Below are positions 23,801 through 32,000 of a DNA stretch of 32,000 nucleotides, piece after piece (the stretch's first letter is position 1; each line of letters starts with the position of its first letter). The stretch lies in NCBI RefSeq assembly GCF_000012465.1, contig NC_007335.2, positions 1,530,001 through 1,562,000 of the forward strand. The letters are read 5' to 3'. Both the position numbers and the translations under genes were made by a program. The DNA comes from Prochlorococcus marinus str. NATL2A. Lineage in GTDB: Bacteria; Cyanobacteriota; Cyanobacteriia; PCC-6307; Cyanobiaceae. A model generated the notes under the pieces. It did not search any database. It had not been told where the DNA came from and saw only the letters and a program-made list of their open reading frames with translations.

Positions 23801-25414
23801 ATGAAAGCTAATTTGACTTCTGAATTAAAACCGATTAGATCTAAATCAGAGGTTAAGATCTTGTACGTCAGACTGCCTTGTAATCCTATTTTCCCGATTG
23901 GACCAATTTATTTAGCTGATCATGTTCATAAATGCTTTCCAAAGATTCAACAATTAATTCTAGATTTAGCTTCATTACCTATTTTAGATGTAGATAGAAT
24001 ATTAATAAATAGTATTAAAAGTTTTGAGCCTACACTATTAGTTTTTTCATGGAGAGATATACAAATTTATGCCCCTGTAGATGGGAGAGGAGGAAATCCA
24101 TTACAAAATTCATTTGAAGTTTTTTATGCTCGAAATCCCCTCAAAAAAATTCGAGGTGCTTTAGGTGGTTTTCAACTACTAAAAAGTCATTATGGAGAAA
24201 TATGGAGAAACCAGAGATTAATTAAAAAGGGATTAAAGTATGCAAAGAAATACAAACCAAATGCTAATCTAATATTAGGTGGAGGTGCTGTCAGTGTTTT
24301 TTACAATCAATTAAAAAAGTCACTTCCTAAAGGGACTATTATATCACTTGGAGAAGGAGAGTTATTATTAGAAAAATTAATAAGAAATGAATCAATTGCC
24401 GATGAGAGATGTTTTGTAGTTGGCGAGTCACCTAGAGAAAAACTAATTCATGAGAAACCAAATAATATTATCAAAACTGCATGTGATTATTCCTATATTC
24501 AATCTATATGGCCTGAATTTAAATGGTACTTAGATGGAGGAGACTTTTATATTGGAGTTCAAACTAAAAGAGGTTGCCCTCACAACTGTTGTTATTGTAT
24601 TTACACTGTTATTGAAGGTAAGAAAGTAAGAATTAATCCTGTCAGTGAGGTAATTCAAGAAATCAAGCAACTCTATAATCTTGGTGTTCGTGGCTTCTGG
24701 TTTACAGATGCTCAATTCATACCGTCCAGAGGGCACATTCAAAACGCAAAAGACATTCTTCAAGCTATCCATGACGAAGGATTAAATGATATTCATTGGG
24801 CCGCATACATACGAGCTGACAATCTAGATGAAGAATTAGCTGAATTAATGGTTAGAACAGGTATGAGTTATTTCGAAATTGGCATAACTTCTGGATCCCA
24901 AGAACTAGTCAGAAAAATGAGAATGGGGTATAACTTAAAAACAGTACTGAAAAATTGCGAACTTCTAGCAAAAGCAGGTTTTAAAGCTCAGGTCTCGGTA
25001 AACTACTCATTCAATGTTATAGACGAACGTCCAGAAACAATAAGACAGACAGTTGCTTACCATAGAGAATTAGAGAAAATTTTTGGAGCTGATATTGTTG
25101 AACCTTCTATATTTTTTATTGGACTTCAACCTCATACGTTATTAGAAGAGTATGGATTGGAAAAAGGTTTATTAAAACCTGGATATAACCCTATGAGTTT
25201 AATGCCTTGGACTGCCAGGAAACTCCTCTGGAATCCAGAGCCAATGGGCAAGGAATTTGGAAGAATTTGCCTAGAGGCCTTCGATACCAATCCAAATGAT
25301 TTCGGTAGAACAGTCATGAACTTATTAGAGAGAGATTATGGCATTTCATCCTTAAACGAAGCATTAACTGTGGAGGCTAAAAATCGTCCCGTTCTTGCAA
25401 AAAGCCTTCGTTGA
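23801..25414 (+). CDS. B12-binding-domain radical SAM protein (cyanobacterial family)
   Basis: It has the CxxxCxxC cluster motif in KRGCPHNCCYCIY and an N-terminal Rossmann-like segment. The ATG at 23801 is preferred (the track start at 23780 is TTG). Confidence 0.8.
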   Translation: MKANLTSELKPIRSKSEVKILYVRLPCNPIFPIGPIYLADHVHKCFPKIQQLILDLASLPILDVDRILINSIKSFEPTLLVFSWRDIQIYAPVDGRGGNPLQNSFEVFYARNPLKKIRGALGGFQLLKSHYGEIWRNQRLIKKGLKYAKKYKPNANLILGGGAVSVFYNQLKKSLPKGTIISLGEGELLLEKLIRNESIADERCFVVGESPREKLIHEKPNNIIKTACDYSYIQSIWPEFKWYLDGGDFYIGVQTKRGCPHNCCYCIYTVIEGKKVRINPVSEVIQEIKQLYNLGVRGFWFTDAQFIPSRGHIQNAKDILQAIHDEGLNDIHWAAYIRADNLDEELAELMVRTGMSYFEIGITSGSQELVRKMRMGYNLKTVLKNCELLAKAGFKAQVSVNYSFNVIDERPETIRQTVAYHRELEKIFGADIVEPSIFFIGLQPHTLLEEYGLEKGLLKPGYNPMSLMPWTARKLLWNPEPMGKEFGRICLEAFDTNPNDFGRTVMNLLERDYGISSLNEALTVEAKNRPVLAKSLR

Positions 25415-26187
25415 AAAAACAACGTACCCAATAAAATTATTATTCCAAAAACACTCCCTATTGGATTCACCATATTTCTGCTTGGTCCCAATAAAAAATA
25501 TGGAGTATCAATTGAAAAAACAACCATTCCAGAATCAATTAGATACCAAATACCAACCAATCCGCCATGCAAACCGACACACCCCCATAACGCGCCTCTA
25601 TCAATCGTTCTTCTTAAAGTTAAAACTAATCCAAAAAGAAATAAGCCAGTCAAGAAAGGAATTAACGCTAATAAACTAATATCAGATCTGAAATGGGCAA
25701 GACTAAAAATTGTGGATTGCAAAATAATTCCTCTTCTCACACCAAATAAAAGAGCCATTTCCTCCATTAACCAACCTCGAAAAACTATCTCCTCAGCAAA
25801 AACAATGCCAACTATCAATAATATTGCGTTTAATAATTCAGTAAATTTTATATAGTCAAGTCTATCAATCCAGCCGCATATAAAACAAAATATACACAGA
25901 ATAAATATTAGGAAAACTGAAAATATAAATCCACTAAAGAATATTCTTAATGCTGAAAATTTATTATTTACATCCAAACCAATTGATAGCCATAAATTAT
26001 TAGTTTTCCATCTAATACTTCCCCAACTTGGTAAAACAGCTAAAAAAAGTATGAATGATATTAATGTACCTATAATACTTAAATTATTGGGACTAATACC
26101 CCGATCAAAAATGTAAAAAAAATGACTAACAATCCATCCGGCTGGATATAAAAATAAAAACAGAGTGAGTGTTGGTATCCATTGCAT
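25336..26187 (-). CDS. CPBP family intramembrane glutamic endopeptidase (CAAX protease-like)
   Basis: It has the EEIVFRGW motif (EExxxR), the FSLAHF motif (FxxxH) and a polytopic profile. The ATG at 26187 is preferred, with a TTG alternative at 26214. Confidence 0.8.
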   Translation of the reverse strand: MQWIPTLTLFLFLYPAGWIVSHFFYIFDRGISPNNLSIIGTLISFILFLAVLPSWGSIRWKTNNLWLSIGLDVNNKFSALRIFFSGFIFSVFLIFILCIFCFICGWIDRLDYIKFTELLNAILLIVGIVFAEEIVFRGWLMEEMALLFGVRRGIILQSTIFSLAHFRSDISLLALIPFLTGLFLFGLVLTLRRTIDRGALWGCVGLHGGLVGIWYLIDSGMVVFSIDTPYFLLGPSRNMVNPIGSVFGIIILLGTLFFQRRLFARTGRFLASTVNASFKDEMP

Positions 26188-26231
26188 CTTTTGATGCAAC
26201 CATCTATTCCACAAACTTTTAATTGATGATT

Positions 26232-26603
26232 TCAGCTTTCTAATTCGATTGTGCTTGTCAAGCCTTTTGCCTTTAAAGATTCAGAGTAAAATTCAGCAGG
26301 TTCTAAGTCACACGTAATAACAAGTCCAACACCATTATTATGCGTTTCCAACATAATATTCAAAGCATCCTGTTCACTTAATTGTGGAACTACCTGTCTT
26401 AAAATCTCTACCACATAATCCATCGTATTAACTGGATCATTATGAAGTAAAACCTTATATTTCGGAGATATTTTCCTAACTCGCTGAACTTCCCTATCAA
26501 TAACGGCAGTATCTCCATCAGTTTGATTTGCAGAATCAACCATAATTAAACTTTCAAGATGAATAGCACTTTTTGACAAGGAATTTACCATGATATTACT
26601 CAT
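26232..26603 (-). CDS. clpS: ATP-dependent Clp protease adaptor ClpS
   Basis: [47 protein letters not shown] is the canonical ClpS core. An ATGA overlap links it to the dapL stop. An internal ATG at 26543 is an alternative start. Confidence 0.85.
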   Translation of the reverse strand: MSNIMVNSLSKSAIHLESLIMVDSANQTDGDTAVIDREVQRVRKISPKYKVLLHNDPVNTMDYVVEILRQVVPQLSEQDALNIMLETHNNGVGLVITCDLEPAEFYSESLKAKGLTSTIELES

Positions 26604-27826
26604 TTGAGTTTTACGATCCTTTGCATAGCTTTTTCGACATTTTCTCTGCTGTTGAAGGCAGACAATCTAAAATAGCCTTCTCCCGCAGCGCCAAATCCAC
26701 TGCCAGGCGTACCAACAACATTTGCTTTTTCAAGCAAGAAATCGAAGAAATCCCATGAGCTCATATCTTTCGGTGTTTTTATCCATGCATAAGGGGCATT
26801 TACCGCGCCAAAAACTTCAAATCCTGCAGCAGTCAAATTTGATTTAATTATTTCAGCATTGTCCATATAAAAACTTACTAATTTTTTGATTTGTGTCTTC
26901 CCCTCTTTTGAGTAAACAGCTTCAGCACCTCTTTGAACAACATAGCTTACACCGTTGAATTTCGTACTTTGTCTCCTATTCCATAAGGACCACAAATCGA
27001 CTGTTTCTATCCCTGCTTTACCTTTTAAAGATTTGGGAATAACTGTAAAGGCACATCTTGTTCCTGTGAAGCCTGCATTTTTCGAAAAAGAACGAAACTC
27101 AATTGCACAATCTCTAGCTCCCTCAATTTCAAAAATCGAATGAGGAATCGATTCATCTTTAATGAAAGCCTCGTATGCAGCATCAAAAAGAATCAAAGAA
27201 TTATTTTCTTTTGCATATTTTACCCAAGAAACCAGTTGCTCTTTAGTTGCCACAGCCCCCGTAGGATTATTAGGAAAACAAAGATAAATCAAATCAAATT
27301 TATCTTTTGGAATGGATGCCTCAAATCCATTCTCTGAATTAATTGGGATGTAACTTAAACCTTTATACTCTCCTACTGAGTTAGCTTCTCCAGTCCTACC
27401 TGTCATCACATTAGTGTCAACGTATACAGGATAAACAGGATCAGTTACGGCTATTTTATTTTCCTTGCCAAGAATATCTAAAATATTACTGCTATCGCAT
27501 TTAGAGCCATCTGAAACAAAGATTTCTTCAGCTGAAATCTCACAACCACGAGATATATAATCATTCTCAGAGATAATCTCCCGAAGCCATTTATACCCCT
27601 GCTCTGGGCCATAGCCCCTAAAGCCATCTTTTGTTCCCATTTCCTCAATAGCCGCTTTCATTGCTTCACGACAAGCCAAAGGTAGAGGTTCAGTAACATC
27701 ACCGATTCCTAGGCGGATCAAATCAGCATTAGGATTCTTAGAACTAAATTCTGTAATTCTCCGAGAAATCTCTGGGAAAAGATAGCCTGCTTTTAACTTC
27801 AGGTAATCAGCATTAACTTTTACCAC
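26600..27826 (-). CDS. dapL: LL-diaminopimelate aminotransferase
   Basis: The N-terminus [20 protein letters not shown] and the PLP-lysine context [12 protein letters not shown] are typical of DapL. Confidence 0.9.
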   Translation of the reverse strand: MVKVNADYLKLKAGYLFPEISRRITEFSSKNPNADLIRLGIGDVTEPLPLACREAMKAAIEEMGTKDGFRGYGPEQGYKWLREIISENDYISRGCEISAEEIFVSDGSKCDSSNILDILGKENKIAVTDPVYPVYVDTNVMTGRTGEANSVGEYKGLSYIPINSENGFEASIPKDKFDLIYLCFPNNPTGAVATKEQLVSWVKYAKENNSLILFDAAYEAFIKDESIPHSIFEIEGARDCAIEFRSFSKNAGFTGTRCAFTVIPKSLKGKAGIETVDLWSLWNRRQSTKFNGVSYVVQRGAEAVYSKEGKTQIKKLVSFYMDNAEIIKSNLTAAGFEVFGAVNAPYAWIKTPKDMSSWDFFDFLLEKANVVGTPGSGFGAAGEGYFRLSAFNSRENVEKAMQRIVKLK

Positions 27827-27965
27827 TTAAAAATCGACAAGATTTATTTTAAGGATAATCCCTGAAACACCTTTAAATCTTTAAACATTGATGATTCCAT
27901 AATTAAAAACTGATTTTTTAATAAAAGCTCCTACTCAAAACAATTAACCAAAAGTGATTCTGTGT

Positions 27966-27971
27966 TAGAAT
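27966..27971 (+). promoter_or_regulatory. Candidate -10 box (TAGAAT) for rne, implying a leader of about 240 nt
   Basis: This is the only strong TAnAAT-like hexamer I picked out in the dapL/rne divergent region. It is unverified. Confidence 0.25.
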
Positions 27972-28217
27972 GAATCAGGAACTGAGAAAAGGGTTTTAGC
28001 CCCTTAATGTTCTTAATTAACGTCATTTTTTCTTAAAGGGACACCTAGATTAAACGTTGGCATCTCCAGCGATTTCAACCGGATCATATTTAATTCCCAT
28101 TCCGAACAGTATTCAAAAATCTCTTTAAGTTTGTTAGACGTTAAAAATTTCCAACAGTTCTTTTTGCAGTTTTTCTGCTAATCAATTTTTCATAGCTTAA
28201 AACGCTCAACATTGTAT

Positions 28218-30140
28218 ATGCCCCAGCAAATTGTCATTGCTGAGCATTTGCGAATTGCCGCTCTGCTCACTGATGAGAGAATAGATGAATTAATCGTCGC
28301 TCAAGGTAGCTACCAAATCGGAGATATTTTCTTAGGAACCGTTGAAAATGTTCTTCCTGGGATAGACGCTGCTTTTGTCAATATTGGTGAAAGTGAAAAA
28401 AATGGCTTTATTCATGTAAATGATTTAGGTCCACTGAGATTAAAAAAAGCAACTGCAGGAATAACAGAGTTGCTCGAACCAAGGCAAAAGGTTTTGGTTC
28501 AGGTGATGAAAGAGCCCACTGGGACAAAAGGGCCTAGATTAACTGGAAACATAGCTCTTCCTGGTAGATATCTAGTACTCCAACCTTATGGACAAGGGGT
28601 AAATATTTCGAGAAGAATAAGCACTGAAAGTGAAAGAAATCGACTTAGAGCATTAGGAGTATTAGTTAAGCCTCCAAGTACTGGACTTTTAATAAGAACA
28701 GAAGCGGAAGATATTTCTGAAGAATTTTTAATTGATGATCTTGAAAATCTTCTTAAACAATGGGAGCTTATTCAACAAGCATCAGAGAGTTGCACTCCGC
28801 CAATTCTCTTAAATAGAGATGAAGACTTTATTCATAGAATTCTTCGAGATCATACAGGTCAAAATCTTACTCAGATTGTTGTAGATAATTCTGAAGCAAT
28901 TGGTCGAGTTAAAAACTTCCTTGGCAAGGATAGTAATGAATTAACAATAGAATTACATAACGATTCGGAAAATATTTTGGAGAAATACAAAGTCATATCT
29001 TCAATTAATGAAGCATTAAAACCCAGAGTTGATCTTCCTTCGGGTGGGTATATAATAATAGAGCCAACAGAAGCATTGACAGTTATTGATGTCAACTCAG
29101 GCTCATTTACACGATCTGCGAATTCCAGAGAAACAGTATTATGGACTAATTGTGAAGCCGCTATTGAGATAGGAAGACAATTAAAATTAAGGAATATTGG
29201 TGGGGTTATTATTATTGATTTTATTGATATGGATACCAAAAGAGATCAACTTCAATTATTAGAACATTTCACATCTGCTATTAATGGAGACTCGGCACGG
29301 CCACAAATAGCTTCACTTACAGAACTAGGACTTGTTGAGCTCACTAGAAAAAGACAAGGTCAAAATATATATGAATTATTTGGAAAGACATCTCCTAATT
29401 CTCAAGGGCAAGGTTATCTTCCAAGCATTACTATTCAAGACATAAATCCAACAACCCCATCTGAAGCTGGCGTAATCAATGCAACTTTAATATCAGGCGA
29501 AGATATTCAATCTTTACAAGAAAGTAATAACAAGAAAAAGCGTATAAATAAAGCAAGAGATATAGAAGCAAACTTAAGCAATGAAGAACACAAATCATCT
29601 ACAGACAACTCAAAAGCTATCTCCACGGATACAATTACAGAAGATATTCAAAAAGAGAGTAATAATAAAAGAAAAGAAACAACGATAATAAATATCAATA
29701 TGAATCAGAATGAAGAGATTGTATATAGTTTAATGGGATTAGATCCTATTTTACTTTTAGAGAAACCTCCACTATCTGAAAACTATAAGGTTAATATAAT
29801 CAGACCTGGGAAAGAGGAAACTAGAGAAGAAAAGAGTAACATGCCTGAGGGTAATCAACAAAAAATAGTTGATGATTCTATTAGCAAACATCAAAATAAT
29901 AATAAGGATATTATTCGTCTTAAAGACAAAAGTAATATTGAACAAAAATCAACCAATTCTGACGAAAAAGAGAGTGATGAAGAAGAAAAAATCAATGTAG
30001 ATTTGGATCAAGAAACAAATGAATTAATAAATATTAATCATAATTCAATAAGCGAAAAGAATGAATTACCTTCCACCGAGTCACAAGAAGTTAATGAGGA
30101 TCCAAGACGAAAAAGAAGAAGGTCTTCAGCCTCTTCTTAA
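28218..30140 (+). CDS. rne: Ribonuclease E (cyanobacterial type)
   Basis: It has an S1 domain ([23 protein letters not shown]), the catalytic region (VIDVNSG...IIIDFIDM) and a low-complexity C-terminal half ending in the Arg-rich nonapeptide RRKRRRSSA. The ATG at 28218 is preferred (the track start at 28212 is TTG). Confidence 0.9.
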   Translation: MPQQIVIAEHLRIAALLTDERIDELIVAQGSYQIGDIFLGTVENVLPGIDAAFVNIGESEKNGFIHVNDLGPLRLKKATAGITELLEPRQKVLVQVMKEPTGTKGPRLTGNIALPGRYLVLQPYGQGVNISRRISTESERNRLRALGVLVKPPSTGLLIRTEAEDISEEFLIDDLENLLKQWELIQQASESCTPPILLNRDEDFIHRILRDHTGQNLTQIVVDNSEAIGRVKNFLGKDSNELTIELHNDSENILEKYKVISSINEALKPRVDLPSGGYIIIEPTEALTVIDVNSGSFTRSANSRETVLWTNCEAAIEIGRQLKLRNIGGVIIIDFIDMDTKRDQLQLLEHFTSAINGDSARPQIASLTELGLVELTRKRQGQNIYELFGKTSPNSQGQGYLPSITIQDINPTTPSEAGVINATLISGEDIQSLQESNNKKKRINKARDIEANLSNEEHKSSTDNSKAISTDTITEDIQKESNNKRKETTIININMNQNEEIVYSLMGLDPILLLEKPPLSENYKVNIIRPGKEETREEKSNMPEGNQQKIVDDSISKHQNNNKDIIRLKDKSNIEQKSTNSDEKESDEEEKINVDLDQETNELININHNSISEKNELPSTESQEVNEDPRRKRRRSSASS

Positions 30141-30142
30141 AC

Positions 30143-30730
30143 ATGGAAGATATAAAATCTCTTATCGCTGGAGTTGATGAAGTAGGAAAAGGTTGTTTAT
30201 TTGGCCCTGTTTTCGCGGCAGCGGTTATTTTAAGCAAAAAGAATGAAATAGAGCTCTTAAATCAAGGTTTGAAAGACAGTAAAAAATTAAGTCAGAGACA
30301 AAGACATAACTTAGTTCCTTTGATAAAAACAAACTCAATAGCTTGGACAATTGGCCAAGCTTCAGCAAGAGAAATAGACGTTATGGGCATCCGAGATGCT
30401 ACTGAGAAAGCCATGCTAAGAGCATTAGAAAAATTTTCATCTCCACCAGACTTAATTCTTGTAGACGGAATTTTACCCATTCGCTTGTGGCCAGGGAAAC
30501 AAAAGACACAAGTTCGAGGTGAAAGTCATTTTGCTTCAATTGCTGCTGCAAGTGTATTAGCGAAAGAAACCAGGGATGAATTAATTAAACGACTAGCTCG
30601 CAAATACAATTGTTATGGACTAGAAAAAAACAAGGGGTATGGAACTGAGATCCATAGAACAAAGTTAATCAAAGAAGGTGCAACAAAACTCCACCGAAAA
30701 AGTTTTATCTCACGATTGAAAAAAAATTGA
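30143..30730 (+). CDS. rnhB: Ribonuclease HII
   Basis: [14 protein letters not shown] (the DEVGRG-like active site), ILVDG and KNKGYGT are present. It starts 3 nt after the rne stop. Confidence 0.9.
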   Translation: MEDIKSLIAGVDEVGKGCLFGPVFAAAVILSKKNEIELLNQGLKDSKKLSQRQRHNLVPLIKTNSIAWTIGQASAREIDVMGIRDATEKAMLRALEKFSSPPDLILVDGILPIRLWPGKQKTQVRGESHFASIAAASVLAKETRDELIKRLARKYNCYGLEKNKGYGTEIHRTKLIKEGATKLHRKSFISRLKKN

Positions 30731-30744
30731 TATTTATTTTGTAA

Positions 30745-31257
30745 CTAATTTTCTTTACACCAATTATTAAAATCAACAATTAGCTGCTTCTGAACCCTTG
30801 CCTTAATTCCTAACAAAATACCATTCAAGATTGATTGCCCAGTTTTCTCAAGCATTTTGGGAGGAATTAATCTCAATAGGTGAGGCTGACTGACCGTTAC
30901 ACCCAAAAGAGCTTCGCCTTCAAGACCTGATAGTTTTGCATCCAAAACTGCATCTAAAGTTAAATCGAAATCATCAACTAATCCCAAACCATCTAAGTGG
31001 CTTTCAGTTACATACATTCTAATTTTTTTCTCAGAATTTTCCACACCGATTGATACGACTGGATTTATTTGAAGTTGAAAAACCTTAAAACTTGTGACTT
31101 CGTACTTAAAGCTTCCTGGCCCTAAAGGGGTCAATTTTTTAGGATCTAGCATTGCTCCTACAACTCTTTCCTGTTGTAGGAGATAATCAGGTAGTTTCTC
31201 CTGATTATTTTGAACAACTAGATCAATTTTTTGTCGTGCTGTAAAGGCAAGAGCCAT
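30745..31257 (-). CDS. DUF1997-like cyanobacterial protein
   Basis: A 170-aa ORF. The pattern LPDYLLQQERVV...L...G.FKYEV..FKVFQL.I.PVV resembles DUF1997 from memory. The ATG at 31257 is preferred (TTG at 31263). Confidence 0.55.
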   Translation of the reverse strand: MALAFTARQKIDLVVQNNQEKLPDYLLQQERVVGAMLDPKKLTPLGPGSFKYEVTSFKVFQLQINPVVSIGVENSEKKIRMYVTESHLDGLGLVDDFDLTLDAVLDAKLSGLEGEALLGVTVSQPHLLRLIPPKMLEKTGQSILNGILLGIKARVQKQLIVDFNNWCKEN

Positions 31258-31313
31258 TATCAAAAACTTGCTCAGTTTGATCTTATCGGTTTTTACTCCT
31301 TTTTTTTTATCTA

Positions 31314-32000
31314 ATGTTAACTCGAGTGGCCTATCTAGGGCCTAAAGGAACATACGCTGAACAAGCCGCGAAAGCGCTAGCAGAGCTTGAGAAGCTTGAC
31401 TCTCCAGTATTTTCCCCTTGCAAAGGGTTAAGGTCTGTGGTGGATAATCTTGCAAACAATCTTTGTGAAGCAGCCGTAGTACCAATTGAAAATTCAGTAG
31501 AAGGTGGAGTCACCACAACATTAGATTCTCTATGGAGACATGAAAACCTATTTATACATAGAGCCCTAGTACTACCTATTAAACACTCATTAATGAGTAG
31601 CGGATCAATTTCAAAGATTTCAGAAGTCCTATCCCATCCTCAGGCAATAGCACAATGCAGCCAGTGGTTAAATGACAATATTCCAAATGCAGTTCATCTA
31701 CCAACTAATTCAACGGCAGAAGCAATAAGAATGGTAAGAGGAAGCTTATTTAGAGCAGCGATAGGATCCAAAGATGCAAGTGAGGATCTGAATATTCTGG
31801 CTTATCCTATTAATGATATTGAAGGGAATTGCACTAGATTCGTTCTTCTCAGTAAGAACAACATTAAAGTGGATGGGAATAAGGCAAGTATGGCCTTTTC
31901 TCTTAAGTCGAATAGTCCGGGTGCATTACTAAAAGCATTGAATTGCATCGCAAATCTTGGCTTGAATATGAGTAGAATTGAATCACGTCCTTCTAAAAGA
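31314..32000 (+). CDS. pheA: Prephenate dehydratase; 5' part only, the gene continues past the window end
   Basis: From the ATG at 31314 it reads MLTRVAYLGPKGTYAEQAA...VVPIENSVEGGV...TRFVLL...ESRPSK(R). These are the PDT domain motifs plus the start of the ACT domain. The frame is open to the window end and is absent from the ORF track. Confidence 0.85.
   Translation, partial: MLTRVAYLGPKGTYAEQAAKALAELEKLDSPVFSPCKGLRSVVDNLANNLCEAAVVPIENSVEGGVTTTLDSLWRHENLFIHRALVLPIKHSLMSSGSISKISEVLSHPQAIAQCSQWLNDNIPNAVHLPTNSTAEAIRMVRGSLFRAAIGSKDASEDLNILAYPINDIEGNCTRFVLLSKNNIKVDGNKASMAFSLKSNSPGALLKALNCIANLGLNMSRIESRPSKR

Noticed and set aside
28871-29239. A 122-aa ORF antisense to rne. The same reasoning covers 31331-31516 (antisense to pheA), 30292-30480 (antisense to rnhB), 24530-24772 and 25132-25317 (antisense to the radical SAM gene), and 23128-23361 and 23290-23517 (overlapping the AbrB-like gene).
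   Set aside because: These are shadow ORFs within well-supported genes.

Overview
The window looks like a chromosomal segment of a low-GC marine picocyanobacterium, most consistent with Prochlorococcus. That assignment is inferred from AT-richness and gene content, not from a search. All family calls rest on motifs I recognise by eye, because no database search was possible.

Gene order, left to right:
- A zinc-uptake locus (1-4915): a partial znuC-like ABC ATPase lies divergent from a ZnuA-like binding protein with a large His/Asp-rich insertion. An orphan ORF, a COG0523 G3E GTPase and a translationally coupled WD40 protein follow.
- A very AT-rich islet of small or orphan ORFs (about 4916-8823). 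It includes a 2OG-Fe(II) oxygenase, a DUF4278-like ORF, an HLIP-like one-helix ORF and a CxxC..CxxC mini-protein.
- The complete urea module: urtABCDE (minus strand), ureEFG (minus strand) and ureDABC (plus strand).
- A DUF1830 protein, a small ORF, a very acidic Som-type porin, and several small or membrane ORFs.
- An RRM RNA-binding protein and rpsU (58 aa with a TTG start, so absent from the ORF track).
- An AbrB-like membrane protein, a B12-type radical SAM protein and a CPBP protease.
- clpS, dapL, rne-rnhB, a DUF1997 protein and the 5' part of pheA.

I found no rRNA, tRNA, CRISPR array, transposase or integrase.

The most unusual thing I can support is in the zinc locus. The periplasmic ZnuA-like protein and the cytoplasmic COG0523 GTPase each carry the same roughly 100-125-aa module (FEW[AT]GVF ... 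FT[EQ]H ... EF). In both proteins it sits where these families normally have only a short His-rich loop. The locus also has a Zur-like box, a perfect 51-bp coding tandem repeat and a coupled WD40 gene.

Other leads:
- A conserved 19-nt element lies upstream of two islet ORFs.
- Several ORFs are missing from the track: the HLIP-like ORF, rpsU and a 59-aa ORF.
- NtcA-type palindromes occur at urtA and around the porin.
- A Yfr1-complementary site covers the porin ribosome-binding site.
- The mature porin has no lysine.
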